From Acidimicrobiia bacterium (GTDB lineage: Bacteria; Actinomycetota; Acidimicrobiia; Spongiisociales; UBA11373), in NCBI GenBank assembly GCA_040882645.1, contig JBBEAX010000085.1, forward strand, positions 55,933 through 119,932: 64,000 nucleotides of DNA, in the 5' to 3' direction. Below, piece after piece: positions 53,622-63,697 of this stretch. Both the position numbers and the translations under genes were made by a program. Under the pieces are notes generated by a model, which saw only the letters and a list, made by a program, of their open reading frames with translations, had not been told where the DNA came from and did no database searches. How positions within the stretch are numbered: the first letter of the stretch is position 1; each line of letters starts with the position of its first letter.

Positions 53622-53865
53622 CGTCTTCCCCCCTCGCCGACTCGTTGTTATGGCAGGCAACAGTTCCGTAGCGGAGAATCTCGAGCACGACGTGACGAGG
53701 CACTCGCACAAGCCGACCCACCCTCACACAGGGGAGCTCGCCTCGAGCGATGAGGTCACGGACTTTCCGCTCTGAGCATGCGAGCAGCGCGGCGACGCCG
53801 CGTGCTGTCGACAGAGGCGGTATCTCTGGATATCGATTCGCCGAAAGGGAGCAGTCTTCGTTCAT
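53605..53865 (-). CDS. excisionase/AlpA-like helix-turn-helix DNA-binding protein
   Basis: 86 aa from ATG 53865. LSTARGVAALLACSERKVRDLIARGELPCVRVGRLVRVPRHVV is the HTH_17/Xis pattern. It overlaps the DUF3987 start by 17 nt. Confidence 0.65.
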   Translation of the reverse strand: MNEDCSLSANRYPEIPPLSTARGVAALLACSERKVRDLIARGELPCVRVGRLVRVPRHVVLEILRYGTVACHNNESARGEDDESGN

Positions 53866-54034
53866 GGACCCTTGATACCGCCCGAACCGAGAATCGTGTA
53901 ACACACCCCCCACGCTGCCGGAGGTCAAGCAGGGAACACACCAACACGAACCCGGCCACCGCTCGTCGCGCGATCGCTCAAATGCCAAGGGAACCGCGCT
54001 ACTGAAGGGGCGGCCTCATCAAGGATCTCGGTGA

Positions 54035-57000
54035 TTGGGTAAGGTCCCGGGGGTTGCATTTCTCGGTCGAGACTTGGAGGCGACCGCGTTGGGCCGTGAC
54101 ACGAGGATAGACAACCCGATTCTGAACTCGCCGTTCGACGCGCCAACTCGGCATTTCAGGTTCGACGACGAAGGGATCACTTCCGAAAAGGTCGACGGCC
54201 GAAGACCCTCCTCCTACTTCGTGCCGATTCCGGCGACCAAGAAGAAGAAGGGCCAGGCGGCATTCGACACTGAGTGGACTGCCGACCGGGTCGAACCCAA
54301 TCCGACTATTAACCGTATTCGCGAGCGAGTTGACATGTGGCGGCAGGGGGGATGGCCACATGTCACTCCAACCTCCCGCCGCCTTCTCGAGTACTGGACC
54401 GACCCGGAACGCGAACGCAAGTTGTTCCATGCGCAGGTGGAGGCGTTGGAAACCGCCATCTACATAGCCGAAGTTGCCACCAAAGTTGGCGACGCCTGGA
54501 TTCCCAACATGCTCGCTGAGGCGTCGGCGAACGCCAACCCTGGCGTATCTCGGCTGTCGCACAAAATGGCGACTGGGTCGGGCAAGACGGTGGTGATGGT
54601 GATGCTGATCGCGTGGCAGACGCTGAATAAGGCGGCGTCGCCCCAGGACGCTCGATTCACGGACCGATTTCTGGTGGTCACTCCGGGGATCACGATCCGC
54701 GATCGCCTTCGAGTGATCCTGCCTTCCGACCCGAACAACTACTACCGAGAGCGCGACGTCGTGCCGCCAGAACTGCGTGAGCATCTCGGTCGCGCCCGAA
54801 TCGTCATTACTAACTTCCACGCCTTCCAACTGCGTGCCAAGCAGCAACTGTCGAAGATCCACAAGGCCCTGGTACCCGAGGGAGCCTTTGTCGAGTCGCC
54901 TGATGAGATGGTGCGTCGGGTCACCCGTGAATTGGGGTCGTCGTCGAAGCAGATCGTGGTGCTCAACGACGAGGCGCACCATTGCTACCGAAGCAAACCC
55001 GACTCCTTGCCCGACGAACCCAAGTTGGTAGGTGACGACCGCAAGGAGGCCGAAACCCGGGAGAAGGAAGCCCGTGTGTGGCTTTCCGGGCTGGAGGCGG
55101 TGCAGGCGAAAATCGGAATCAAGGCCGTCTACGACTTGTCGGCCACGCCCTTCTTCCTCCGCGGTTCCGGCTATCCGGAGGGCACGTTGTTCCCCTGGGT
55201 TGTATCGGACTTTTCGCTCATCGACGCAATTGAGGCCGGTGTGGTGAAGGTCCCACGGGTGCCGGTAGCCGACGACCAGATGACTGGCGACGGTGTCGCC
55301 TACCGCGATCTGTGGTTGCGCATTCGTGACCACCTTCCAAAGAAGGGCCGCAAGGCCTCGGACACCGAGACCCCGGTCATGCCCCCTGAGCTCGACGGTG
55401 CGCTCCACAGCCTCTACTCGGACTACAAGAAGCGTCATCGCCTTTGGGAGAAGTCTGAGGCACGCCAACACGACGGGTCGACCCCCCCGGTGTTCATTGT
55501 GGTTTGCAACAACACCGCGGTGTCGAAGATGGTCTACGACTGGATCGCGGGCCGTGAGGTGCCTGGACCCGACGGAACGGCGGTCGTCCAGTCCGGCGAG
55601 TTGAAGATCTTTTCTAACGCCGACCGGGGCGAGTGGTTGCACCGCCCCAACACGATCCTCATCGACTCCAAACAGTTGGAGTCGGGTGAGGCGATGTCGG
55701 CCGAGTTCAAGGCAGTCGCGGCTCTCGAAATCGGGGAGTTCAAGCGGGAGATGCGCCAGCGCTTCCCCGGCAGCGACCCGGACGCCGTCAGTGACGAGGA
55801 CCTGTTGCGCGAGGTCATGAACACCGTCGGTAAGCCGGGGCGCCTCGGCGAGCACGTGAAGTGCGTGGTGTCTGTGTCGATGCTCACCGAAGGCTGGGAC
55901 GCCAACACCGTTACGCACATCCTGGGCGTGCGGGCGTTCTCAACTCAGTTGCTCTGCGAGCAGGTGATCGGTCGCGGCCTGCGGCGCCGCTCCTATACCC
56001 TCAACGACCACGGACACTTCGACCCGGAGTATGCCGAGGTGTACGGAGTGCCCTTCTCGTTCATCCCTGCGGCCGGCCAGACCAAGGAGATCACTCCCGG
56101 CCCGATGCCGACACGGGTGCGAGCCCTGCCCGACCGGGCCGACCGGGCGATCACCTTTCCCCGAGTGATCGGATACCGGTACCGGCTTGCCGGTGAGCGC
56201 CTCGCAGCCACCTTCGGCCCCGAACACCAGATCACCCTGTCGGCCCGGGATGTGCCCACCAAGGTAGAGGTGGCGGGAATCGTCGGGGAGACCGGCATCC
56301 ACGAACTCGATGATCTCAAGGAGTGGCGGATGCAGCAGGTGGAGTTCGCCATTGCCCGCCGGCTGGCGATGCGGTACTTCCGCGCCGAGAGCGATGCCGA
56401 CAAGCCTTGGCTGTTCCCTCAGTTGCTCCGGATCGTGCGGGAGTGGATCGGGTCGGCGGTACACCTTGCCGACGGTGCATTCCTGCAAATGCTGCGCATC
56501 GGCCGTTACGAGTCGGATGCGCTCGACAAGATCTACCGCGCGATCGCTGCCTCTGACGATGGCGACTTACTAGTCGAGGCCGTCCTCCAGCCGGGCGACG
56601 CCACCGGGACCACCGCCTTCGTCGACTTCGACACCACGAAGCCGGTCTACGCCACCGACGCTGCGAAGTCGCACGTGTCGCACGTCGTTGGCGACTCCGG
56701 CTGGGAGCACAAGATGGCCCAGGTACTCGAAGCGATGGCTGAGGTGGACCGTTACGTGAAGAACCAAGGCCTTGGTTTCGCCATCCCCTACACCATTGAC
56801 GGACAGCAGCGGTCCTATGTGCCCGACTTCATCGCCGTTCTCGACGGTGACCTTCACCTGGTGGTTGAAGTGTCTGGCGAGAACCGACGAGATAAAGAGG
56901 CCAAGGTGAGCACGGCGCGGGAGCTGTGGGTGCCGGCGGTGAACCGCCATGGCGGGTTCGGCCGATGGGGATTCGTCGAGGTCACTGACCCGTGGGACGC

Positions 57001-57046
57001 TGAAGGCACCATACGAGGCACACTTGCTGTGGCACAGGGGGGTTGA
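54035..57046 (+). CDS. res: Type III restriction enzyme, Res subunit (SF2 helicase plus C-terminal endonuclease)
   Basis: 1003 aa. Walker A MATGSGKTVVMVML, DEAH box VLNDEAHHCY, TEGWDANTVTHILG, and C-terminal YVPDFIAVLDG...VVEVSGENRRDKEAK (PD...ExK-like). Confidence 0.8.
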   Translation: MGKVPGVAFLGRDLEATALGRDTRIDNPILNSPFDAPTRHFRFDDEGITSEKVDGRRPSSYFVPIPATKKKKGQAAFDTEWTADRVEPNPTINRIRERVDMWRQGGWPHVTPTSRRLLEYWTDPERERKLFHAQVEALETAIYIAEVATKVGDAWIPNMLAEASANANPGVSRLSHKMATGSGKTVVMVMLIAWQTLNKAASPQDARFTDRFLVVTPGITIRDRLRVILPSDPNNYYRERDVVPPELREHLGRARIVITNFHAFQLRAKQQLSKIHKALVPEGAFVESPDEMVRRVTRELGSSSKQIVVLNDEAHHCYRSKPDSLPDEPKLVGDDRKEAETREKEARVWLSGLEAVQAKIGIKAVYDLSATPFFLRGSGYPEGTLFPWVVSDFSLIDAIEAGVVKVPRVPVADDQMTGDGVAYRDLWLRIRDHLPKKGRKASDTETPVMPPELDGALHSLYSDYKKRHRLWEKSEARQHDGSTPPVFIVVCNNTAVSKMVYDWIAGREVPGPDGTAVVQSGELKIFSNADRGEWLHRPNTILIDSKQLESGEAMSAEFKAVAALEIGEFKREMRQRFPGSDPDAVSDEDLLREVMNTVGKPGRLGEHVKCVVSVSMLTEGWDANTVTHILGVRAFSTQLLCEQVIGRGLRRRSYTLNDHGHFDPEYAEVYGVPFSFIPAAGQTKEITPGPMPTRVRALPDRADRAITFPRVIGYRYRLAGERLAATFGPEHQITLSARDVPTKVEVAGIVGETGIHELDDLKEWRMQQVEFAIARRLAMRYFRAESDADKPWLFPQLLRIVREWIGSAVHLADGAFLQMLRIGRYESDALDKIYRAIAASDDGDLLVEAVLQPGDATGTTAFVDFDTTKPVYATDAAKSHVSHVVGDSGWEHKMAQVLEAMAEVDRYVKNQGLGFAIPYTIDGQQRSYVPDFIAVLDGDLHLVVEVSGENRRDKEAKVSTARELWVPAVNRHGGFGRWGFVEVTDPWDAEGTIRGTLAVAQGG

Positions 57047-59661
57047 TGATGGCGAAGGCATCGGGTAGTAAGAAGACTCCCAAGCAGGTCGAGACCCTCC
57101 GGCACGGCGACACTCGCTCCAACATCCCAACCTCCGAACTCGCTGACTTCGCCTCCGACCACGAGAAGAACCCACCCAAGATGCTGTACCCGCGCGACTC
57201 CTCTCTCGACCCACAGTTGGTTTGGCAAGGCAAGGATGAGCAGGATGCCCGCGACCTAGAGGTTCCCGTGGTCCCGATCTATATCCAGGAGAAGATCGAA
57301 CCCAAGGTCATCATCGACGATCTCCGCCGCGATTCCTCCCAGCGCGAGCCCGAGATGAGCCTGTTTGGGGACTTCGATGGCGTCGAACCCGAGCACGTTC
57401 TTGACTTCTACAACCACGGCGCCAACTGGTCGAACCGCATGATCCTCGGCGGCTCGTTGCTGGTAATGGCGAGCCTCGCTGAGAAGGAGAACCTGCGCGG
57501 CAAGGTTCAGATGATCTACATCGACCCGCCCTACGGCATCAAGTTCGGCTCCAACTGGCAGGTCAGCACCCGCAAGCGCAACGTAAAAGACGGGAAGGAC
57601 ACTGACCTCGTGCGCCAGCCCGAACAGGTGAAGGCGTTCCGCGACACCTGGGAGAAGGGGATCCACTCCTACCTTGCCTACTTGCGCGACCGGTTCGTGG
57701 CGGCGCGGGAGTTGCTTACTGAGTCGGGAAGCGTGTTCGTCCAGATCGGTGACGAGAACGTCCACCTCGTGCGCAGCCTGATGGATGAGGTGTTCGGGAG
57801 CGAGAACTTCGTGAGCCAGATCACCTTTCGGACGTCAGTGCCGCTTCGCTCAACGGGCCTGGCCGGTATCGCGGACTTCGTCCTTTGGTATGGAAAGGAC
57901 CAATCATCAACGAAGTATCGCGACCTTTTCACTGATCGGGAGCTCGGGCAGGGCACTGTCTATACCTCAGTTCAGGAGCCAGGCGGCGTCCGACGGAAGA
58001 TGACGAAGGAGGAGCGTCTCGACCCTTCGCGCGTCCCCCCCGGCTCCCGGATCTACTGCACAGAAAACCTCGTCTCGAGCGGGTACACGCCGACCTGCAT
58101 CTACCCGTTCGAGTTCAATGGTCGGAAGTTCGCTCCAACCTCGGGGAAAAGCTGGAAGACTAACCGAGCCGGGATGGAGTCCCTTGCTGCCAGGGGGCGT
58201 CTTGATGCGTCTGGAGCCACGCTTCGCTATGTGCTCTTTGCGGATGACTACCCCGTTATGAAACTCACCAATCTCTGGACAGATACGAAAGGTGAGGCTG
58301 ATAAGAGCTACGTGGTGCAAACCAACACCAAGATCATCCAGCGCTGCATGCTCATGACCACCGACCCTGGCGACCTCGTCCTCGACCCCACCTGCGGATC
58401 CGGCACCACCTCCTTCGTCGCCGAGCAGTGGGGTCGGCGTTGGATCACCATCGACACCTCCCGAGTGGCGATCGCTCTCGCCCGCACCCGCCTGATGTCT
58501 GGTCGCTTCCTCTACTACCTGCTCGCTGACTCTTCGGAGGGTCGGATGCAGGAGGCCAAGCTCACGGGCATCCCGCCCGCCGACTCTCCCACCGGCAGCG
58601 ACATCAAGCAGGGATTCGTCTACAAGCAGGTATCCCACGTCACCCTCAAGTCGATCGCCGACAACCCGGATATCCGCGAAGGCATGACGCGCGAGGAGAT
58701 CGACGGCGCCATCGCCCGCCACGCCGATCAGGAAATCCTTGTCGATCAACCCTACGAGGACACCAAGAAGGTGCGGGTTACCGGGCGGTTCACGGTCGAA
58801 TCTCTTTCCCCCCACCGTGTGCTCGACCCCGAGACCGCTGAGCGCACCGCCGCGGAGGTGGCGGCGGAGCTGGACCCATCCCGAGAGGGTTACGTGCCGA
58901 TGATTCTCTCGAACTTGCGTAAGGCCGGTGTGCAGAATCGGGTGAAGAAGGAACGACTGGTGTTCGCCACTCTCGAACCCCATGCCGGCCAGTGGCTCCA
59001 AGGCGCAGCCACTTACGTTGACGCCGCGGGCGAAACCAAGCGGGTCGCGATCTCGGTCGGGCCGGAGCATGGGACGGTTGGATCGATGCAGGTGAAGGAG
59101 GCCGCCAAGGAGGCGGTGAAGGGTGTCGGATTCGACGTGCTGATCGTCTGCGGGTTCGCCTTCGACGTCAGCGTCGACCAGATGATCGGCGACTTCGGCC
59201 CGCTCACCATCCTCCCCGCTCGCATGAACCCCGACCTGGCGATGGGTGACGAACTTCTTAAGAAGACCGGCGCCGGCAACCTGTTCATGGTGTTCGGCGA
59301 ACCCGATATCAACATGAAGACCACCAAGGAAGGCGTGGTCGTCGAAGTGAGGGGCATCGATGTCTACGACCCGACCACCGGTGAGATTCGCTCGGACTCG
59401 GTGGATGACATCGCGGTGTGGTTCATTGATACCGACTACAACGAAGAGTCCTTCTTCGTTCGCCACGCCTACTTCACCGGCGCCGATGAACCCTACAAAC
59501 GTCTCAAGAAGTCCCTGAAAGCCGAGATCGACGAGGAGGCTTGGGCGACCCTCTACAGCACCGAGAGCCGCCCATTCCCCAAGCCCTCGACCGGCAAGAT
59601 CGCCGTCAAGGTCATCAACCACTACGGCGACGAAGTGATGAAGGTCTACGACGTCGAGTGA
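57043..59661 (+). CDS. mod: Type III-like DNA methyltransferase, Mod subunit (beta-class N6A/N4C)
   Basis: 872 aa. Motif IV IYIDPPYGIKF precedes motif I VLDPTCGSGTTSFVAEQWGRRWI. 4-nt overlap with res. Confidence 0.8.
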   Translation: MMMAKASGSKKTPKQVETLRHGDTRSNIPTSELADFASDHEKNPPKMLYPRDSSLDPQLVWQGKDEQDARDLEVPVVPIYIQEKIEPKVIIDDLRRDSSQREPEMSLFGDFDGVEPEHVLDFYNHGANWSNRMILGGSLLVMASLAEKENLRGKVQMIYIDPPYGIKFGSNWQVSTRKRNVKDGKDTDLVRQPEQVKAFRDTWEKGIHSYLAYLRDRFVAARELLTESGSVFVQIGDENVHLVRSLMDEVFGSENFVSQITFRTSVPLRSTGLAGIADFVLWYGKDQSSTKYRDLFTDRELGQGTVYTSVQEPGGVRRKMTKEERLDPSRVPPGSRIYCTENLVSSGYTPTCIYPFEFNGRKFAPTSGKSWKTNRAGMESLAARGRLDASGATLRYVLFADDYPVMKLTNLWTDTKGEADKSYVVQTNTKIIQRCMLMTTDPGDLVLDPTCGSGTTSFVAEQWGRRWITIDTSRVAIALARTRLMSGRFLYYLLADSSEGRMQEAKLTGIPPADSPTGSDIKQGFVYKQVSHVTLKSIADNPDIREGMTREEIDGAIARHADQEILVDQPYEDTKKVRVTGRFTVESLSPHRVLDPETAERTAAEVAAELDPSREGYVPMILSNLRKAGVQNRVKKERLVFATLEPHAGQWLQGAATYVDAAGETKRVAISVGPEHGTVGSMQVKEAAKEAVKGVGFDVLIVCGFAFDVSVDQMIGDFGPLTILPARMNPDLAMGDELLKKTGAGNLFMVFGEPDINMKTTKEGVVVEVRGIDVYDPTTGEIRSDSVDDIAVWFIDTDYNEESFFVRHAYFTGADEPYKRLKKSLKAEIDEEAWATLYSTESRPFPKPSTGKIAVKVINHYGDEVMKVYDVE

Positions 59662-59913
59662 TGATGCGGACGGCCAACGGCTCGCTGAGCCGGGGTACCG
59701 GCCCGCTTATGCCGGCGTTCCCGCGGGGAGGCATCCGTCCCGAGGTGCCGCCGAGGTGCCGGGACGCCGCGCATCCCGGTGCAATCGGGCTCCACGATGT
59801 GCAAGCTGATGCCACTTGCTTAGAGGTCTTGGGGAGTTCGTTGCGGAGCTCAGACCCGCGTCGTTACGCTGTTGCGTGCATCTCAGTGCACCGTGAGAGC
59901 ATTCGTTTCAGTT

Positions 59914-59998
<85 letters not shown>

Positions 59999-60033
59999 GT
60001 GGGCCCGGGAGTGTAACGCCACTTCGGTAGCGG

Positions 60034-60423
60034 CTACTCCCCGCCGAAGAACCGGTTGATGGCCTCGGTGTCGTCGGAGAATGCCCAGCGCTCCGTAGCC
60101 TTGCCATCCTCGAAGTGGAGAATCTCGGCGGACCGATAGGTGAAGGTCTCACCGTCCTTGATGACGTGGGCCGTGACCAGAGCGATGGTGTGCTCGTCGT
60201 TGGCGACGACATCGTGCAGCTCGCCTCGGAACTCGAATCCGGCGCCATCGAGGCCGCCGAATGACGCCAACACGGCCTCCTTGCCGACAATCGGATCGGG
60301 CGAACCGATCACGTGGTACTTGATGTCGTCGGCGATGACGTCGGACAGCGCTTCGATATCACCCGCCATCATCGTGTCGAACAGCGATCGGTAGAGCGCG
60401 GCGTTGGGATGATCGGCCATCAC
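60034..60423 (-). CDS. NTF2-like/SnoaL-type protein
   Basis: 129 aa. YRSLFDTMMAGDIEALSDVIADDI... and C-terminal F.DGKATERWAF are typical of the fold. Confidence 0.6.
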   Translation of the reverse strand: MMADHPNAALYRSLFDTMMAGDIEALSDVIADDIKYHVIGSPDPIVGKEAVLASFGGLDGAGFEFRGELHDVVANDEHTIALVTAHVIKDGETFTYRSAEILHFEDGKATERWAFSDDTEAINRFFGGE

Positions 60424-60456
60424 GGACCCCTCTCTGAGAAGGGGCCAGCCTACGCC

Positions 60457-61515
60457 TCAGACGCCCGCGATGGGAGTGGCGTTGGGGGCGAGGATCCGCC
60501 CACCGACCTCGACCAGGTGGCACGCCACGAAGTGCCCGTTGCCCTTGTCCTCGAGGGGCGGGTGATCGGCGGTGTGGCAGATGTCCATCGCCCAGGGGCA
60601 GCGGTCGAGGAATCGGCAGTGTGGCTCCGGGTTGATCGCCTTCGTCACACCACCCTTGATCTCCACCTTGGGGCGCTGGTAGGAGGGGTCGGGCACCGGC
60701 ACCGCCGAGAGCAGCGCCCTGGTGTACGGGTGAAGCGGGTTGCTGAGCAGCTCCTCGGTCGGCGCCAACTCAACGATTTTGCCCAGGTACATCACCGCGA
60801 TGCGGTCGCACATGTAGCGAGCGACGGCGAGGTCGTGGGTGATGTACAGGTACGAGACCGAGAACTCCTTGGCCAGCCGCAGCATCAGCTCCATGATCGA
60901 AATGCGAATGCTGACGTCGAGCATCGAAGTCGGCTCGTCGGCGACGACGAAGCTCGGGTCGAGCACAAGCGCCCGGGCGATGGCCACCCGCTGCCGCTGA
61001 CCGCCGGACAGTTCGTGGGGATAGCGGAACATGAACGACTGAGGCGGGGTGAGCCCCACCGCGCTTAGCAGCTCGGCTACCCGGGCCTCGCGCTCTGCGA
61101 CGGAGCGCACCTGCTGGACCACGAGAGGCTCGGCGATCGTGTCGTAGACGGTTCGCCGGGGGTTCATCGACTCGTACGGGTCCTGGAAGATCATCTGGAC
61201 GTTGCGGCGGAACGCCCGCATGTTCGAACGGCTGATGTGGGCCACGTCGATCATCGACCCGTTGTCGGCCATCTCGATCTTGCCGCCGGTGGCCTCCATC
61301 AGCTTCACGAGCATCCGCCCGGTGGTGGTCTTCCCGCAGCCCGACTCCCCCACCAGTCCCAGGCTCTCGCCGGGAGCGATCTCGAAGTCGACACCGTCGA
61401 CCGCGTGCACGAAGTCGACGGGCTTACGGAAGGCGCCGCGGGTGATCGGGAACAGCTTCTGCAGGTTCTCGACCTTGATCAGCGGCTTCGTGGTGATTTC
61501 GAGATCGCTGGTCAT
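60457..61515 (-). CDS. peptide/nickel (Opp/Dpp-type) ABC transporter ATP-binding protein
   Basis: 352 aa from ATG 61515 (ATGA overlap with the upstream stop). Walker A GESGCGKTT, signature LSGGQRQR, Walker B FVVADEPTSMLD, and a C-terminal oligopeptide-ABC Cys-rich extension. Confidence 0.85.
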   Translation of the reverse strand: MTSDLEITTKPLIKVENLQKLFPITRGAFRKPVDFVHAVDGVDFEIAPGESLGLVGESGCGKTTTGRMLVKLMEATGGKIEMADNGSMIDVAHISRSNMRAFRRNVQMIFQDPYESMNPRRTVYDTIAEPLVVQQVRSVAEREARVAELLSAVGLTPPQSFMFRYPHELSGGQRQRVAIARALVLDPSFVVADEPTSMLDVSIRISIMELMLRLAKEFSVSYLYITHDLAVARYMCDRIAVMYLGKIVELAPTEELLSNPLHPYTRALLSAVPVPDPSYQRPKVEIKGGVTKAINPEPHCRFLDRCPWAMDICHTADHPPLEDKGNGHFVACHLVEVGGRILAPNATPIAGV

Positions 61516-62555
61516 GCGACACCCCTCTCGGTGGTCTCGGGGACCTGGTCCCAGTGCCAGCACTCGACCAGGTGGCCGCCGCCGACGTCCTCGAGCGGCG
61601 GCGTCTCGACGGTGCATTTCTCGGTCGCGAAGGGACAGCGGGGATGGAAGCGGCAACCCGTGGGCGGGTTGAGCAGGTTCGGCGGCTCGCCCTTGAGCGG
61701 GGCCAGCTTGCGGCGGGGCCCGGTGATCGAGGGTGCCGAGTTCAGCAGCAAGTAGGCATAGGGATGCTTGGGCCGCTGGAACACTTCACGGGTGGCGCCC
61801 AACTCCACGATTCGTCCGGCGTACATGACGCCGATCGTGTCGGTGACTTCGGCGATCACCGCGATGTCGTGCGAGATGTAGATCATCGCCATCCCCAGGT
61901 CGCGCTGAATGCGCTTCAACTGGTTGAGGATCTGGTCCTGGACGATCACGTCCAACGCGGTGGTGGGCTCGTCGGCGATGATGAGCTGCGGATCGCAGGA
62001 GAGCGCCATCGCGATGATTGCCCTTTGCCGCATTCCCCCGGAGAACTCGTGGGGGTACCTGTCGAGCATCTTCGGGTCGACGCCAACCAGAACGAAGAGC
62101 TCCTCCATGCGGGCGCGAGCCTCGGCGGCGGTCGGCAGCGGCTTGATGTGCAGGTTCATCGCCTCGCGGATCTGATCGCCAACGCGCTGCACCGGGTTCC
62201 AGGCGTTCATTGCCCCCTGGAACACCATCGAGATGTCGCTCCACCGGTGGGTGCGCATCTCGTCCTCGGAGAGAGCGAGGAGGTTCTCACCGTTGAGGCG
62301 GATCTCGCCCGCCTTGAACTCGGCGTTGTCGGCCTGCAGCCGGAGCAGCGCCATCGCCACCGAGGTCTTGCCACAGCCCGACTCCCCCACCAGGCCCATC
62401 GACTCGCCGGCACGGATGGTGAACGACACATCGTTGACCGCCGAGACCGAGCCCTTCTCGGTGTGGTACTCCATGGTGAGGTTGTCCACTTCGAGGAGGG
62501 CCGGCATCCCCGAACCAGACGGGCGCGTGCTTAGAGGGGTATCCGCAGTCTGCAT
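61512..62555 (-). CDS. peptide/nickel (Opp/Dpp-type) ABC transporter ATP-binding protein
   Basis: 347 aa from ATG 62555. GESGCGKTS, FSGGMRQR, LIIADEPTTALD. Confidence 0.85.
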   Translation of the reverse strand: MQTADTPLSTRPSGSGMPALLEVDNLTMEYHTEKGSVSAVNDVSFTIRAGESMGLVGESGCGKTSVAMALLRLQADNAEFKAGEIRLNGENLLALSEDEMRTHRWSDISMVFQGAMNAWNPVQRVGDQIREAMNLHIKPLPTAAEARARMEELFVLVGVDPKMLDRYPHEFSGGMRQRAIIAMALSCDPQLIIADEPTTALDVIVQDQILNQLKRIQRDLGMAMIYISHDIAVIAEVTDTIGVMYAGRIVELGATREVFQRPKHPYAYLLLNSAPSITGPRRKLAPLKGEPPNLLNPPTGCRFHPRCPFATEKCTVETPPLEDVGGGHLVECWHWDQVPETTERGVA

Positions 62556-62560
62556 TGCGC

Positions 62561-63679
62561 TCAGCGCCTCCTGAGTCTCGGGTTGACGACTTCGTCCATC
62601 GCCCGCCCGGCGAGGAAGAACGCTGCAGCCAACAGGGTCACGGCCATGCCCGCCGGGATGAGCAGCCACCAGTAGCTGGTTCCCGAAAGCAGATAGCCGG
62701 AGCTGTGGGCAACGTTGATCATGAGGCCCCAACTCATCTGGACATTCATCAGGCCGAGGAACGAAAGCGTCGCTTCGAGTGCGATCGCCTCGGTCACCGT
62801 GAACATCATGTACAGGAAGCTGAGCGGCAGCACGTTGGGAATGATGTGCCGGAAGATGATGTGCGCGTTCGAGCCCCCGGCCACCCGGGCCGCGTCAATG
62901 AATGGCTTCACCGATACCGACAGGGCCTGCGACTTGAGGACGATCGCCGTCCCTCCGAAGCCCGACAAGATGCCGATCAGCACTCCCAGTAATGGCAATG
63001 TCAGGGTGAACAGCGACGAGATCACGATCAGGATCGGAATCAGCGGCACCAGCAACACCAGGTCGGCGAACCGCATCAACAGGCTGTCGATCCATCCACC
63101 GAAGTAGGCGGCAATGGATCCAACGGTGGTGGCGATCAACACGGTCACGAACGCGGCGATGGCCCCGAGCAAGAACGCCGCTCGGGTGCTGTACATCAAC
63201 TGGGAGAGGATGTCACGCCCCAGAGGGTCGGTACCGAGCCAATGTGAGTCCGAGGGCGGCGCCGGTTGCGACGGAATCGAGATCGTCTCGCCCACCTTGA
63301 CGAACGGTGTCGTCTTCAGTCGGGCGGTGGCATGGTCGATCTCCGAAGTGGGATCTTCGACGGTGCCATTCTCTACGACGAGAAACTCAGTTCGCGGGGC
63401 GTCATAGCCCCTGACCGGGTCGTAGATCGCCGGATCCCAGACACGGTCCATGAGGATGGGGTGAGCGAGCGCGGCCAGGGCGAACGCGATGATGATGCCG
63501 AGACCCACCAGGCCGATCTTGTTCTTGGCGAAGAGGGCCCAGTTGCGGCGGAGTGCCTTGCGGAAGAGGCGAAGCCGGATGCGCCAGAGTGGTTCCTGAA
63601 TTACGGGGCCGCCACCGGGAGCCCGCGGCAATTGGAAATCCCCGACCTGTGGTTCTTCGAGGTCGACGCGATCGCTCAC
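62561..63679 (-). CDS. Opp/Dpp-type ABC transporter permease (OppC/DppC-like)
   Basis: 372 aa. BPD_transp_1 pattern: ...SVKPFIDAARVAGGSNAHIIFRHIIPNV... Confidence 0.8.
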   Translation of the reverse strand: MSDRVDLEEPQVGDFQLPRAPGGGPVIQEPLWRIRLRLFRKALRRNWALFAKNKIGLVGLGIIIAFALAALAHPILMDRVWDPAIYDPVRGYDAPRTEFLVVENGTVEDPTSEIDHATARLKTTPFVKVGETISIPSQPAPPSDSHWLGTDPLGRDILSQLMYSTRAAFLLGAIAAFVTVLIATTVGSIAAYFGGWIDSLLMRFADLVLLVPLIPILIVISSLFTLTLPLLGVLIGILSGFGGTAIVLKSQALSVSVKPFIDAARVAGGSNAHIIFRHIIPNVLPLSFLYMMFTVTEAIALEATLSFLGLMNVQMSWGLMINVAHSSGYLLSGTSYWWLLIPAGMAVTLLAAAFFLAGRAMDEVVNPRLRRR

Positions 63680-63697
63680 AATTGGCTCCTCCTTCCT

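Noticed and set aside
53999-55918. 639-aa minus-strand ORF (and 551-aa ORF 57967..59622) covering the res and mod genes
   Set aside because: They are antisense to genes with unmistakable helicase and methylase motifs. Their translations are Arg/Gly/Val/Leu/His-rich with no motifs. These are typical high-GC shadow ORFs.
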